Assembly (NCBI GenBank): GCA_963805975.1
Contig: CAWDVR010000003.1
Location: 256,001-320,000 of the forward strand
Reading direction: 5' to 3'
Origin: an uncultured Acidobacteriota bacterium
GTDB lineage: Bacteria > Acidobacteriota > Thermoanaerobaculia > Multivoradales > SZUA-115
Length of the DNA stretch: 64,000 bases
Made by a program: the position numbers and the translations under genes. Shown piece by piece: positions 25,854 to 35,886 of the stretch. The notes under the pieces are model-generated. The model saw only the letters and a list, made by a program, of their open reading frames with translations, was not told the origin of the DNA and searched no databases. Within the stretch, counting starts at the first letter, position 1. Each line of letters opens with the position of its first letter.

Positions 25854-27387
25854 CGCTGGCATCCTCGTCAGTCCAGGCCCGCCTGGCATCCCGGGTCCGC
25901 GTGTCATCCTGAGCGCAGCGAAGGATCTGGGCGGGCTCTCCCGCGCCCAGGCCCGCCGCCTCGCGCGCACCGCTCTCCTCTTCGCCCTGGCCTTCGGCCC
26001 TGCCACCCTCGCCGCGCCGCAGGCCGGCCCTGCTACGGCGGCGGCCATCGACCCGTTCTACTCCGGCCTCCTCGCCGACGGCATGCAGAGCTTCGAGGAC
26101 CAGCAGTTCGCCGAAGCGGCCAAGAGCCTGCGCATCGCCTGCTTCGGCATGCTCGAGCACCCGGTGAAGCTCGGCGCCTGCCTCGCGCGGCTGGGGCTCG
26201 CCCAGGCCGAGAGCGGAGACCGCAACGCCTTCAACGACACCTTTCGCCGGCTGGCGGTGGTCGAGGAGCGCTTCCAGGGCTACCGCCAGGCCGAGCTGCC
26301 TGCCGCCCTGCGCGCCGGCTACGAGAAGTGGCTGGTGCGCTGGATCCCCGAGCTGCAGCTCGCCTCGGTCCCGGCCTTCGCGCCGCTCGCCGAGCGCCGC
26401 ATCGCCGCCAAGCTCCGCCGGCTGCCGCCCAAGGAGCGCCGGGCCGGGATCGACGAGCTGCTGCGGGACCAGCCGGCCAACCCTCGCTGGCTCGTGCTCA
26501 AGGCCGATCTCGAGATCGAGGAGGGCAGGATCGACCTCGGGCTGGCCTCGATCGACGCCGCGCTCGCCGCCGATCCCGCCAACGTCGAGGCCCGCTGCCT
26601 CAAGGGCTTCGCCGCTTCGGTGAAGGGAGACTGCGCCAAGGCCGTGGAGGAGCTGGCGGTGTGCGAGGCCGCGCGCCAGGACGCGAGCTTTGCCGAGGCG
26701 CTGCTCTCCTGCCAGGTCAAGCTCGGCCAGTGGAGCGGCGCTGCGGAGACACTCGCCGCCCTGCCCGAGGACCTCGCGGAGGACCGCCGCTTCGAGAAGC
26801 TCGCGCGGCAGGTGGAGAGGAACCGTGGCGCGCCTCCCCCTCCGGCCGGCTCCTCGAGCCGCACCGAGGCGGCCACGCCGGACCCGGCACCGGAAACCCA
26901 GGCCCCTCCGCCGTCGCAACCACCTCCCGAGGCACCCCCGAGCTCCACCCCGCCCGCCCGCGAGGAGCCGGTCCCGGCAGCGCCGCCACCCAGGCCGGCG
27001 CTCGGCGAGGAGGAGAGCCGCAAGCTCGTCGAGCTGCGCCAGCGCGTGGCCAGGGTGCAGTACAGCGGCGAGCTCGACGAGCCGTTCCGGCAGGCGGTAG
27101 AGATCGCCGACGCCCACCCCGAGGCACGCGAAGCGCAGTTCCTGGCCGGCGAGATCGCCTACCGTGCCTCGCGCTGGCAGGAGGCCGTGTCCTACTTCCG
27201 CCGCGGCGGCGACCCCGGCGAAGAGCGCCCCGTGCTGCTCTTCTACCTCGCCGTCGCCCTCTACGAGAGCGGCAACCGCGAGGCCGCCGCCGCCACCCTC
27301 ACCCGCGGCCTGCCCAGGCTCGAGAAGACCCCGCTCGTCGAAGGCTACCGGGAGAAGATCCTGGGGACGGGCAAGGTGGACGGCTAG
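25846..27387 (+). CDS. Secreted TPR protein with Pro-rich linker
   Basis: Signal-like segment ARTALLFALAFGPATLA, TPR helices, Pro/Ala/Ser/Thr linker; start uncertain because of a REP-like insert. Confidence 0.75.
   Translation: MPDAGILVSPGPPGIPGPRVILSAAKDLGGLSRAQARRLARTALLFALAFGPATLAAPQAGPATAAAIDPFYSGLLADGMQSFEDQQFAEAAKSLRIACFGMLEHPVKLGACLARLGLAQAESGDRNAFNDTFRRLAVVEERFQGYRQAELPAALRAGYEKWLVRWIPELQLASVPAFAPLAERRIAAKLRRLPPKERRAGIDELLRDQPANPRWLVLKADLEIEEGRIDLGLASIDAALAADPANVEARCLKGFAASVKGDCAKAVEELAVCEAARQDASFAEALLSCQVKLGQWSGAAETLAALPEDLAEDRRFEKLARQVERNRGAPPPPAGSSSRTEAATPDPAPETQAPPPSQPPPEAPPSSTPPAREEPVPAAPPPRPALGEEESRKLVELRQRVARVQYSGELDEPFRQAVEIADAHPEAREAQFLAGEIAYRASRWQEAVSYFRRGGDPGEERPVLLFYLAVALYESGNREAAAATLTRGLPRLEKTPLVEGYREKILGTGKVDG
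25903..25935 (+). repeat. REP-like repeat copy 1 (in frame, VILSAAKDLGG)
   Basis: GTCATCCTGAGCGCAGCGAAGGATCTGGGCGGG identical to 36546-36578. Confidence 0.88.
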
Positions 27388-27480
27388 AAGCTGCTCCGAG
27401 TTTCAGCCTGCTTCTCAGTGCTCGGGATCGCGAGGCGGAGCGCCTGATAGAGTTTGAGCAGCCAACATGGAGACACGCCC

Positions 27481-27705
27481 ATGGCACCTTCAGCCCAAGC
27501 TCTCTTGCAGCAGGCTCTACATTTATCCTCCAACGACCGTGCTGAGCTGGTCGAAGGCCTTATCGTCAGCCTCGACAAGCCAGACCCCTCGCTGGATGCC
27601 CTGTGGCTCAAGGAAGCTGAGAGCCGACTGGCTGCCTATCGCTCGGGGGAGCTGGGCGCGGTGGACGCTGAGCAGGTCTTCGCTGAGCTGGGAAAGCAGG
27701 TTTGA
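27481..27705 (+). CDS. Addiction module antitoxin (putative)
   Basis: AL.LS..DRAELVE.L..SLD...W..EA..RL..Y..G pattern; overlaps ParE toxin. Confidence 0.85.
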   Translation: MAPSAQALLQQALHLSSNDRAELVEGLIVSLDKPDPSLDALWLKEAESRLAAYRSGELGAVDAEQVFAELGKQV

Positions 27706-27995
27706 AGTCGAGGTTCTTGCTCCCGGCTCGCCGCGAGCTCCAGGAGGCAGTTCACTACTACAACCTCCAGCGTGTGCGCCTCGGCGACGAGTTTCGAGAC
27801 GAAGCCTTCGAGACAGTTAGGCGCATTGAAGACTTTCCTCTCGCGTGGCAACCCCTGGGCGGTGCCATTCGGCGCTGTCAGATGAGGCGTTTCCCGTATG
27901 GCATCATCTACGAACCCTCTGGGCTTGCGATCGTGGTGATCGCAGTGGCGCATCTCCATCGGGAGCCCGAGTACTGGCGCTCTCGGGTTCTGTAG
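27702..27995 (+). CDS. RelE/ParE-family toxin
   Basis: ARRELQEAVHYY...LGDEF...RRFPYGIIY...IAVAHLHREPEYW. Confidence 0.92.
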   Translation: MKSRFLLPARRELQEAVHYYNLQRVRLGDEFRDEAFETVRRIEDFPLAWQPLGGAIRRCQMRRFPYGIIYEPSGLAIVVIAVAHLHREPEYWRSRVL

Positions 27996-28087
27996 GACGC
28001 AGCGTGGTCTTGGCGTACTTGTGCTCTCGCCTTGACACCTCCGCGTCTGAAGCCCACAATGTGTGCTTGTTCAGGAGGAGCGAAAAC

Positions 28088-28729
28088 ATGCGAGGTTCAG
28101 CTATTTCCGCGTTGGCGCTCTGCACCCTCGCAGTTGCCGCGCAAGCTCAGACGCCGATCGTGATGGTCGAGAAGGCCGCCTGTGTGCCCACCGAGGCCAA
28201 CGGCGTGATCAACGCGACCATCCAGCAGGAGATCGGCGGGGTCGAGCCGCGCCTCTATTTCCGCTGGGACCAGCACGGCGCCATGTACTGGGTGGACCTC
28301 TTCGCCGAGGGCGCCGGCAAGTACTGGGCGATCCCCGCCAAGCCCGAGCCGCGCAACGAGGAGATCGAGTACTACGTGGCGCTGGTCGATCCCGCGGGCA
28401 AGACGGTAGCGCGATCCGAGACCCAGCTCTCCCCGGTGCGCGACGACTGCGCGGTGGACATGACCGCCAAGCAGTTCGGCGTCGCCAACAACCTGACGGT
28501 CGGCGAGACCGTGCCCGCGCAGCAGGGCCGCCGCGTGCTCGGCTTCCTGTGCGACGGGGTGGTGACGCGGGTCAACTTCGAGGGCATCATGCGCCCGGAC
28601 GAGATCTGCCGCGGCTGCGTGGTGCCGTTCTTCACCAAGGAAGCGTACCTGGCCCCGGCGGCGATCGGCGCCGTGACCACGGTGATCATCGAGCCGCCGC
28701 CCCCGGAGACCTCGAAGTCCCGGCCGTGA
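28088..28729 (+). CDS. Secreted hypothetical protein
   Basis: RBS AGGAG, signal peptide (AQA|Q), Ig-like beta domain, several Cys. Confidence 0.7.
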   Translation: MRGSAISALALCTLAVAAQAQTPIVMVEKAACVPTEANGVINATIQQEIGGVEPRLYFRWDQHGAMYWVDLFAEGAGKYWAIPAKPEPRNEEIEYYVALVDPAGKTVARSETQLSPVRDDCAVDMTAKQFGVANNLTVGETVPAQQGRRVLGFLCDGVVTRVNFEGIMRPDEICRGCVVPFFTKEAYLAPAAIGAVTTVIIEPPPPETSKSRP

Positions 28730-28920
28730 TCTTGCTTCGTGCGCTGGGGTCTCCCACGCACTCCTCACGATTCAGCTTCGTCCCAGCCTCTCGACGCCTT
28801 CTGACCCGCTCCGTGGCGGGATCGGCAGGGCGCCGCCGTTACTCCCTCTAGGACGCAGGCTCGGCCGCATGGGGCGGCTCTCCTTCCGAGCCCCGGCGAT
28901 CCGGTTCGAGGAGAGATCTC

Positions 28921-30474
28921 ATGTCCCTGATCGAGAGGGTTCCGAGGGCGGCGAGGGTCGTTCCCTCGGTGGCAATCCTGCTGTTGCTGGGCGGCGGAAG
29001 CGCCGGCGCCCAGTTCCTGGCGCCCAGCCCGCAAGTGGTGATCCACACCGCGTTCCGCTACCAGCTCGCGGAAGGCGGAGACTGGTTCGGCCTGGCGATG
29101 GCCAGCGGCGACTTCAACGGCGACGGCCGGGACGACCTGGCGATCGCCGCACCTGGCGAGGACGAGGGCCCGGCACTCGACGCCGGTGCCGTGAGCGTGG
29201 CGCTCGGCACGCCGAACGGCCTGCGCTTCGACATCACTCCCACGCTGCTCCACACCTGGAACGGCTCACCGGACGTCGAGGGTGGCGACCTGTTCGGCGA
29301 GGCCCTGGCGAGCGGGGACTTCGACGGCGACGGCTTCGACGACTTGGCCGTGGGCGTTCAAGGCGACGACTCCGCGGCGGCCAACAGCGGCGTGGTCAAC
29401 GTCTACTACGGCGGCACCGGCAATATTGGGGACGCCCGCATCCAGGAGATCGCCCAGGGCCGGGACGGGATGGCGGGCGAGCGCGAGGAGCGCGACTGGT
29501 TCGGCAGCGAGCTCGCGGTGGGCGACTTCAACGGCGACTCGTACGCCGACCTCGCGATCGGGGTGCCCGGCGAGGGGATCGGCACCTGGTCGGCCGAGGG
29601 CAAGGGTGCGGTCCAGGTACTCTACGGCTCGCCCGCGGGGCTCGTCGTCGCCTTCGACAACTTCTTCCACCAGGAGGGCCTGACGGACGGCGGCGACTCG
29701 GAGCCGGTGGACTCGTTCGGCTCGGCGCTCGCAGCCGGAGACTTCGACGGCGACGGCTACGACGACCTCGCCGTGGGCGTCCCCAACGAGGACGTGGACG
29801 GGATCAGCAACTGCGGCGCCGTCAATGTGATCTACGGCGCGATCGGCGGCCTCGACCGCCAGCGCTCGAAGTTCTTCTGGCAGAACAGCAGCCCGACCCT
29901 GGGCGGCGCCGAGTCTGGCGACATGTTCGCGCGGAGCCTGGCGGCGGGCGACATCAACGGCGACGGCCGCGACGACCTGGCGGTGGGCGTGCCCTACGAG
30001 GACCTGGAGAACCTCGCCGAGGCCGGGGCGGTCAGCATCCTCTGGGGTGCGGCGGGCGGGCTGACGGCCACCGGCGGCCTGTTCCTGCACCAGGGGTCGC
30101 CGGGCGTGACAGACGCCAGCGAGGCCCAGGACTACTTCGGTGGGGAGGTGGTGCTGCGAGACTTCGACCGCGACGGCAGGGCGGAGCTCTTCGTGGGCAT
30201 CTGGGGCGAGAACGGCACTGGGGCCTACCAGCGGTTCTCGGGCAGCGCCGCGGGCCTGGTGCTCTCCACCAGCCTGCTGCGCTTCCAGCCGGGGCAGGGA
30301 GCCCAGGAAGCCGGCGACCAGTTCGGCATGGCGATCGAGCTCGGGGACTTCGACGGCAACGGCCGGCAGGACCTGGCCGTCGCCGCGCCCTCGGAGAACC
30401 TGGCCCACATCCAGAAAGCCGGCCAGGTCGATGTCACCTACAGCGCTCCGCCGCAGGTGATCGGGTTCCAGTAG
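28921..30474 (+). CDS. Secreted FG-GAP (integrin-alpha-like beta-propeller) repeat protein
   Basis: Seven repeats of FG..LA.GDF(N/D)GDG..DLA.G.P; signal peptide. Confidence 0.93.
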   Translation: MSLIERVPRAARVVPSVAILLLLGGGSAGAQFLAPSPQVVIHTAFRYQLAEGGDWFGLAMASGDFNGDGRDDLAIAAPGEDEGPALDAGAVSVALGTPNGLRFDITPTLLHTWNGSPDVEGGDLFGEALASGDFDGDGFDDLAVGVQGDDSAAANSGVVNVYYGGTGNIGDARIQEIAQGRDGMAGEREERDWFGSELAVGDFNGDSYADLAIGVPGEGIGTWSAEGKGAVQVLYGSPAGLVVAFDNFFHQEGLTDGGDSEPVDSFGSALAAGDFDGDGYDDLAVGVPNEDVDGISNCGAVNVIYGAIGGLDRQRSKFFWQNSSPTLGGAESGDMFARSLAAGDINGDGRDDLAVGVPYEDLENLAEAGAVSILWGAAGGLTATGGLFLHQGSPGVTDASEAQDYFGGEVVLRDFDRDGRAELFVGIWGENGTGAYQRFSGSAAGLVLSTSLLRFQPGQGAQEAGDQFGMAIELGDFDGNGRQDLAVAAPSENLAHIQKAGQVDVTYSAPPQVIGFQ

Positions 30475-30547
30475 GCGGGGGCCCGCCAACTCCTGCCATA
30501 ATCGTCGTGAGCGGGTTCTGAGCAAGGAGCGCCCCGTCCATGACCCT

Positions 30548-31672
30548 GTGACCTCCGCCGATCTCGTGCTGGTCTCTGCCGGCCTCGAGCTCGACGGCGG
30601 CGGCCGAGCCGCGGCCGGGCGCCTGCTGGTCGAGAGCGCCACGCGCTGGGCCGACTCCAGCTCCCGCCGCCTCGCGGTTTTCCACCTCGGGAGCGAGGCG
30701 CCGCTCGACCCCGGCATCCCCGTCCGTCATTTCCACGGCTCGCAGCGGGCTCTGGCTACCGCGCTCTGGCGGTTGCAGTGGCGGCGGCGATCGGTCACCT
30801 CACGCCCGGCCCTGCTCTTCGACCTGCTCGGCCCGGCGCGGGCGCAGGCCTTTCTGCCGCGGCGGCTCGTCTCGCCCTACGCCGTGATGCTGCTCGGCAT
30901 CGAGGTCTGGCGGCCGCTCTCCTGGACGCGCCGCAGGGCCCTCGCGGGCGCGAGCCTTCGCCTCGCCATCTCCCGCGCCACGCTGGAACGCGCCCGGCCG
31001 TTCCTGCCGCCTCGGGCCCGCGAGGCCCACGTCCTGCACCTGGCGCTCGAGGACCGCCCCGCGAGCGGCGTGCCCGACGCGGGCCTCCTGGCCCGGGTCG
31101 GCGAAGGGTTTCTCCTCCTCGTGGGGCGGATGACGGCGAGCGAGCGCTACAAGGGCCACGACGAGCTGCTCGCGGCTCTGCCGCTCCTCGCCGAACGCTG
31201 CCGGGCCGCGGGCCTGCCCCCGCCCCGGCTGGTGGTGGCAGGCGACGGCGACGACCGGCCGCGGCTCGAGGAGAAGGCGCGGGCGCTGGGCGTGGCGGCC
31301 TCCGTGACCTTCACCGGCTTCGTGTCCGAAGCGACGCTCGCCGAGCTCCACCGGCGCGCCGCGGCGCTGGTGATGGTCTCTCGCGGCGAGGGCTTCGGGC
31401 TCGTCTACCTCGAGGCGATGCGCGCGGCGAAGCCCTGCGTGGCGGCGCGCGGTGGGGCCGCGGAGGAAGTGATCGCCGACGGCGAGACCGGCCTGCTGGT
31501 GGCGGCGGGAGTGGAGGAGGAGCTGGTCTCGGCCCTTTCGTGCCTGCTCGCCGACCCCGCTCTCGCCCGGCGGCTGGGGGAAGCGGGCCGCCGGCGATTC
31601 GACGAGCGCTTCAGCCACGAGGCCTTCGACCGGCGGCTCGCGGCCCATCTCGACGCGTTGACCGGCGCCTGA
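30548..31672 (+). CDS. Glycosyltransferase family 4
   Basis: YKGHD, EGFGLVYLEAM...GETG. Confidence 0.9.
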   Translation: MTSADLVLVSAGLELDGGGRAAAGRLLVESATRWADSSSRRLAVFHLGSEAPLDPGIPVRHFHGSQRALATALWRLQWRRRSVTSRPALLFDLLGPARAQAFLPRRLVSPYAVMLLGIEVWRPLSWTRRRALAGASLRLAISRATLERARPFLPPRAREAHVLHLALEDRPASGVPDAGLLARVGEGFLLLVGRMTASERYKGHDELLAALPLLAERCRAAGLPPPRLVVAGDGDDRPRLEEKARALGVAASVTFTGFVSEATLAELHRRAAALVMVSRGEGFGLVYLEAMRAAKPCVAARGGAAEEVIADGETGLLVAAGVEEELVSALSCLLADPALARRLGEAGRRRFDERFSHEAFDRRLAAHLDALTGA

Positions 31673-31677
31673 CGATC

Positions 31678-33504
31678 ATGTGCGGCATCAACGGCATCCT
31701 GCGCCTTTCGGACGCCGCCCCGGCGATCGACGACGCGAAGCTCCTGGCCTGCCGCGACGCGATGGCGGCACGCGGACCGGACGGCGCCGGGGCTTGGCGC
31801 TCGGGCGACGGCCGCGTGGCGCTCGGCCACCGGCGGCTCTCGGTCCTCGACCTCTCGCCGGCCGGCGCCCAACCGATGACCTCGGCCTGCGGGCGCTTCA
31901 CGATCGTGATCAACGGCGAGATCTACAACTTCCGTGCCCTGCGCGCCGAGCTCGCGGCGGCCGGCCAGACCTTTCGCAGCGAGAGCGACACCGAGGTGGT
32001 GCTGGCGCTCTACGCGCGGCATGGCGTCGCCATGCTGGAGCGGCTCCACGGCATGTTCGCCCTGGCGCTCTGGGACGGGCCCCGGGAGACGCTGCTCCTC
32101 GCCCGCGACCCGCTGGGCATCAAGCCGCTCTACTACTCGGTCTCGGGCGGCGAGCTGCGCTTCGCCTCGCAGGTCAAGGCGCTCGAGGCCGTCGGGTGGG
32201 CGCGCGAGGTCGATCCGGCCGGGCTCGCGGGCTTCCTGCTCTGGGGCTCGGTGCCGGAGCCGCGCACGTTCCGCCGCGGCGTCTGGGCGCTGCCGGCCGG
32301 CCACTATGCTCTGGCCCGCGGCGGGCGGCTGGAGGAGCCGCGGGCGTACTACCGGTTCGTGGTGGAGGAGCCCCTCACCCCGACCCTCTCCCCGCCAGCG
32401 GGGCGAGGGGGCCGGAACGAGATCGAGGACCTTTCTTCTGCGCTCGAGGGCTCGGTGGCGGCGCACCTGGTCTCGGACGTGGCGGTGGCGGTGTTCCTCT
32501 CCGCGGGGCTCGACTCGAGCCTGATCGCGGCGCTCGCCGCAAGGCGGTCGAGCACGCCGCTCTCGACCTTCACGCTCTCCTTCGACACGCAGGCCGGCAC
32601 CGCCCTCGACGAGGCGCCGCTCGCCGCCGAGACGGCGCGGCGGCTCGGCGCCCGCCACCGCGAGCGGCGGGTGGGCCGGGCCGACTTCGCGGGCCTCTGG
32701 GAGGCCGCGCTCGCCGCCATGGACCAGCCGTCGATCGACGGGTTCAACACCTACCTGGTGACGCGGCTGGCGCACGAGGAGGGCATGAAGGTGGTGCTCT
32801 CCGGCCTGGGTGGGGACGAGCTCTTCGGCAGCTATCCGTCGTTCACCCACGTGCCGCGGGCCGCGGGCTTCGCCCGCCGGGCACGGCGCCTTCCGGGGCT
32901 CCGCGCGCTCTGGCCCGCCCTCGCCCGCCGCGGCTCGCCCGGCCGGCCCAAGCTCGCCGGGCTTCTGGCCCACGGCGGCTCCCTCGAGGGCGCCTACTTC
33001 CTGCGCCGGGGCCTCTTCCTGCCCGAGGAGCTGCCCGGCCTGCTGGGCGAGGAGGCGGCCCGCGAGGGGCTCGCCGCCTACGATCCGGTGGCGGACGGGC
33101 GGCGGCACCTCGCCGAGCTCGCCGGCCGCGCCGATCCCTGGCTCGCCGTGCACGCGCTCGAGACCGCTCTCTACATGAGAAACCAGCTCCTGCGCGACTC
33201 GGACTGGGCGGCCATGGCGCACTCGGTCGAGCTGCGGGTGCCGCTGGTGGACGCGCCGCTGCGCAAGTCTCTGGCCGCCCGTGGCTTCGCGGTCGCTCGC
33301 CGGCTGGGCAAGGCGGGCGTGGTGGCGGCGGTGGCGCCGGAGCTGCCGCGGGAGATCTTCCGCCGGCCCAAGAGCGGCTTCTACGCGCCGGTGACCGAGT
33401 GGAGGAGCGAGGGCGGAGCGGCCCCGCCGGCGAGCCGCGGGTTGGGCTCGCGCGGTCTGGCCCTCGCGGTGCTCGCGAGCTTCGGGGTCGAGCTCGATGC
33501 TTGA
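31678..33504 (+). CDS. asnB: Asparagine synthase-like glutamine amidotransferase (probably sugar amidation)
   Basis: N-terminal MCGING, RGPD, NGEIYN, LSAGLDSS, SGLGGDELF, ELRVPL. Confidence 0.93.
   Translation: MCGINGILRLSDAAPAIDDAKLLACRDAMAARGPDGAGAWRSGDGRVALGHRRLSVLDLSPAGAQPMTSACGRFTIVINGEIYNFRALRAELAAAGQTFRSESDTEVVLALYARHGVAMLERLHGMFALALWDGPRETLLLARDPLGIKPLYYSVSGGELRFASQVKALEAVGWAREVDPAGLAGFLLWGSVPEPRTFRRGVWALPAGHYALARGGRLEEPRAYYRFVVEEPLTPTLSPPAGRGGRNEIEDLSSALEGSVAAHLVSDVAVAVFLSAGLDSSLIAALAARRSSTPLSTFTLSFDTQAGTALDEAPLAAETARRLGARHRERRVGRADFAGLWEAALAAMDQPSIDGFNTYLVTRLAHEEGMKVVLSGLGGDELFGSYPSFTHVPRAAGFARRARRLPGLRALWPALARRGSPGRPKLAGLLAHGGSLEGAYFLRRGLFLPEELPGLLGEEAAREGLAAYDPVADGRRHLAELAGRADPWLAVHALETALYMRNQLLRDSDWAAMAHSVELRVPLVDAPLRKSLAARGFAVARRLGKAGVVAAVAPELPREIFRRPKSGFYAPVTEWRSEGGAAPPASRGLGSRGLALAVLASFGVELDA
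32371..32411 (+). repeat. REP-like palindrome translated in frame within asnB (PLTPTLSPPAGRG)
   Basis: CCCCTCACCCCGACCCTCTCCCCGCCAGCGGGGCGAGGGG at the GATase/synthetase linker. Confidence 0.7.
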
Positions 33505-34804
33505 CGGCAGGGCACCGAGCCCGGAGCGCGAGAGCCCCGAATACGAGCGGCTGGTGCGCTGGACGCGGATCTTCTCCGCCTACTTCACGGCGCAGACCGG
33601 CGCCCAGGTCCTCTCGCTCCTCGCCGGGCTGGTGCTCATCCGCTTCCTGCCGGTCACGGAGTACGCGCTCTACACCATGGCGGCTTCGGTGATCAGCTTC
33701 TTCACCTTCGCCTCGGACCTCGGCAGCACGACCTCGCTGGTGTACTTCTTCCGCCGCGCGCAGAGCGAGGGGGAGGACTTCGCACCCTACCGGCAGGCGG
33801 TGGTGTCGATGCGCCGCGCTGCGTTCCTGGCCGGCGCCGTGGCGGTGGCGGCGGTGTTCCCGCTCTGGGCGACGAGCGAGGGCTTCGCGGCCGGCCAGAG
33901 CCTGGCGGTGGCCGCCGCCATCCTCGCCACGGTGTGGTTCCAGATCGGCGCCGCGGTGCGCCTTCTCGGCCTGCGCCTGGCCGGTGAGTACGGCCGCTCC
34001 TACCGCGCCGAGCTGGCGGGCGCCGGCCTGCGGCTGGTGCTCGCCCTGGTGGTGGTGGCGGTGGCCCGGCAGTCGATCTGGCTCGCGGTCGCCACCTCGG
34101 CGGCCTCGCTGGCGCTGGTCACCTTCCTCGCGCGGCCGTCGAAGCCGGAGGCCGCGCTGCCGCCGGCCGAGCTGGCGGCGCCGCGGCGCAAGCTCCTGCG
34201 CTATCTCTTGCCGACGCTTCCCTCGGCGCTCTATTTTTCCGTCCAGGGCCCGCTGTTGGTGTGGCTCGCCGCCACCTTCGGCGAGGCGCGCAACGTGGCG
34301 GAGGTGGGCGCCCTGGGCCGGCTCGGCCTGGTGCTCAGCCTGGTCAACGGCCTCTCCGGCACCATCTTTCTTCCCCACCTCGCCCACCTGACGGACGAGG
34401 GCCTCTACCGCCGGCGCTTCCTCCAGTTCGGCGCCCTCCTGGGGGGGATCGCGGCGCTGCTGTTCGTGGGCACGCTGCTCTTCCCGGAGCTGCTCCTGGG
34501 CCTCCTCGGCAGCAAGTACTCGGGCCTCACCAGCGAGCTCTACCTGGTGGTCGGCACCGCGTGCCTGATGCTCCTCGAGTCCTACCTCGTCATGGTCTGC
34601 CTCGCCCGCTCGTGGACGCGCTGGCAGGCGCTCGGGCTGGTGGTGCAGATCGCCGCCCAGGCCGCCATGGTGGCGCTGCTGCCGCTCGCGACGACCGCGG
34701 GCGTGCTGCGCTTCAACTTTCTGACCGCCGTGGTCGCCCTCGTCTTCCAGACCCTGACGGTCGCCGCCGGCTTCCTCCGCCCGCGCTGGGTGCACTGGGC
34801 ATGA
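33497..34804 (+). CDS. Polysaccharide flippase (Wzx-like)
   Basis: About 12 TM helices, LIRFLPVTEYALY...DLG MOP-type N-terminus; locus context. Confidence 0.78.
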   Translation: MLDGRAPSPERESPEYERLVRWTRIFSAYFTAQTGAQVLSLLAGLVLIRFLPVTEYALYTMAASVISFFTFASDLGSTTSLVYFFRRAQSEGEDFAPYRQAVVSMRRAAFLAGAVAVAAVFPLWATSEGFAAGQSLAVAAAILATVWFQIGAAVRLLGLRLAGEYGRSYRAELAGAGLRLVLALVVVAVARQSIWLAVATSAASLALVTFLARPSKPEAALPPAELAAPRRKLLRYLLPTLPSALYFSVQGPLLVWLAATFGEARNVAEVGALGRLGLVLSLVNGLSGTIFLPHLAHLTDEGLYRRRFLQFGALLGGIAALLFVGTLLFPELLLGLLGSKYSGLTSELYLVVGTACLMLLESYLVMVCLARSWTRWQALGLVVQIAAQAAMVALLPLATTAGVLRFNFLTAVVALVFQTLTVAAGFLRPRWVHWA

Positions 34805-35886
34805 ACCCACCGATGAGACCCAGGGTCGCGGTGCTCTACCCGATTCCCTTCGGCGCCGGAGGCATCTTCGGCGGCGGCGAGCGCTATGCCGTGGAGCTGG
34901 CGAGAGCGCTCGCGCGGCAGACCCCGACGCGGCTCGTGACCTTCGGCGACCGGCCCGGCCGGCAGCAGGTGGGCGAGCTCGAGGTGGTGACTCACCGGCC
35001 CTGGACCTACGCCCGCGGCGAGCGCGCCAACCCGGTCTCGCTCGGTTTCCTGCGGGATCTACTCGCCTGCGACGTGATCCACTGCGCGGCCTGGAACACG
35101 CTGGTGACCGATCTCGGGGCGCTGGTCCGCCGGCTGACGGGCAAGCGCCTCTTCTTGACCGACGTGGGCGGCGGCGCGAGCCTGACGCTCGCGAGCTACC
35201 TGCCGGTCAACCGCTGGGTGGACGGCTTCCTGCTCATTGCCCCGCAGGGCGGGACGCAGTTCCTGGCCTGGCAGGACCGCTGGAGCATCATCTACGCCGG
35301 GGTGGACACCGAGCGCTTCCGGCCGCCGGAGCGGCCGGCGCGGCGGGGCGTGCTGTTCGTGGGCCGGCTCCTGGCGCACAAGGGCATCGACACGCTGATC
35401 CGCGCGGTGGACGCCGAGACACCGCTCACCCTGGTGGGCCGGCCCTACAACCCGGACTATCATCAGCTCCTGAAGGACCTCGCCCAAGGCAAGAACGTGA
35501 CCTTCGTGACGGACGCGAGCGACGAGCAAGTGATCGCCCACTACCAGTCCGCCGCCGTGTCGGTCCTGCCCTCGGTCTACGACGACGTGTACGGCAACCA
35601 CAGCCCGCTGCCGGAGCTGCTGGGCTTCGCCGCCATGGAGGCCATGTCCTGCGGCGCGGCGGTGATCTGCACCCGCGTGGGCGGCCTGCCGGAGCTGATG
35701 CTCGACGGCGAGACCGGCTTTCTGGTGGCGCCCGGCGATGCGCAGGAGCTGGGGGAGCGCATCCGCCGCCTGCTGGGCGACCCGGCGCTCGCCGCCCGCC
35801 TGGGCGCCGCGGCGCGGCAGCGCATCGAGGAGCACTTCACCTGGGACCGCGTGGCCGCGCGCTGCCTCGAGGCCTACGCGCGATGA
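34801..35886 (+). CDS. Glycosyltransferase family 4
   Basis: GGGERY, VGRLLAHKG, ELLGFAAMEAM. Confidence 0.9.
   Translation: MNPPMRPRVAVLYPIPFGAGGIFGGGERYAVELARALARQTPTRLVTFGDRPGRQQVGELEVVTHRPWTYARGERANPVSLGFLRDLLACDVIHCAAWNTLVTDLGALVRRLTGKRLFLTDVGGGASLTLASYLPVNRWVDGFLLIAPQGGTQFLAWQDRWSIIYAGVDTERFRPPERPARRGVLFVGRLLAHKGIDTLIRAVDAETPLTLVGRPYNPDYHQLLKDLAQGKNVTFVTDASDEQVIAHYQSAAVSVLPSVYDDVYGNHSPLPELLGFAAMEAMSCGAAVICTRVGGLPELMLDGETGFLVAPGDAQELGERIRRLLGDPALAARLGAAARQRIEEHFTWDRVAARCLEAYAR

Noticed and set aside
14843-33504. Lasso peptide cluster (NTP_transf_5 plus AsnB-like cyclase)
   Set aside because: AsnB has an intact N-terminal Cys glutaminase domain and lies in the GT operon; no B1/PqqD or B2 protease is seen, and the precursor is Nif11-type
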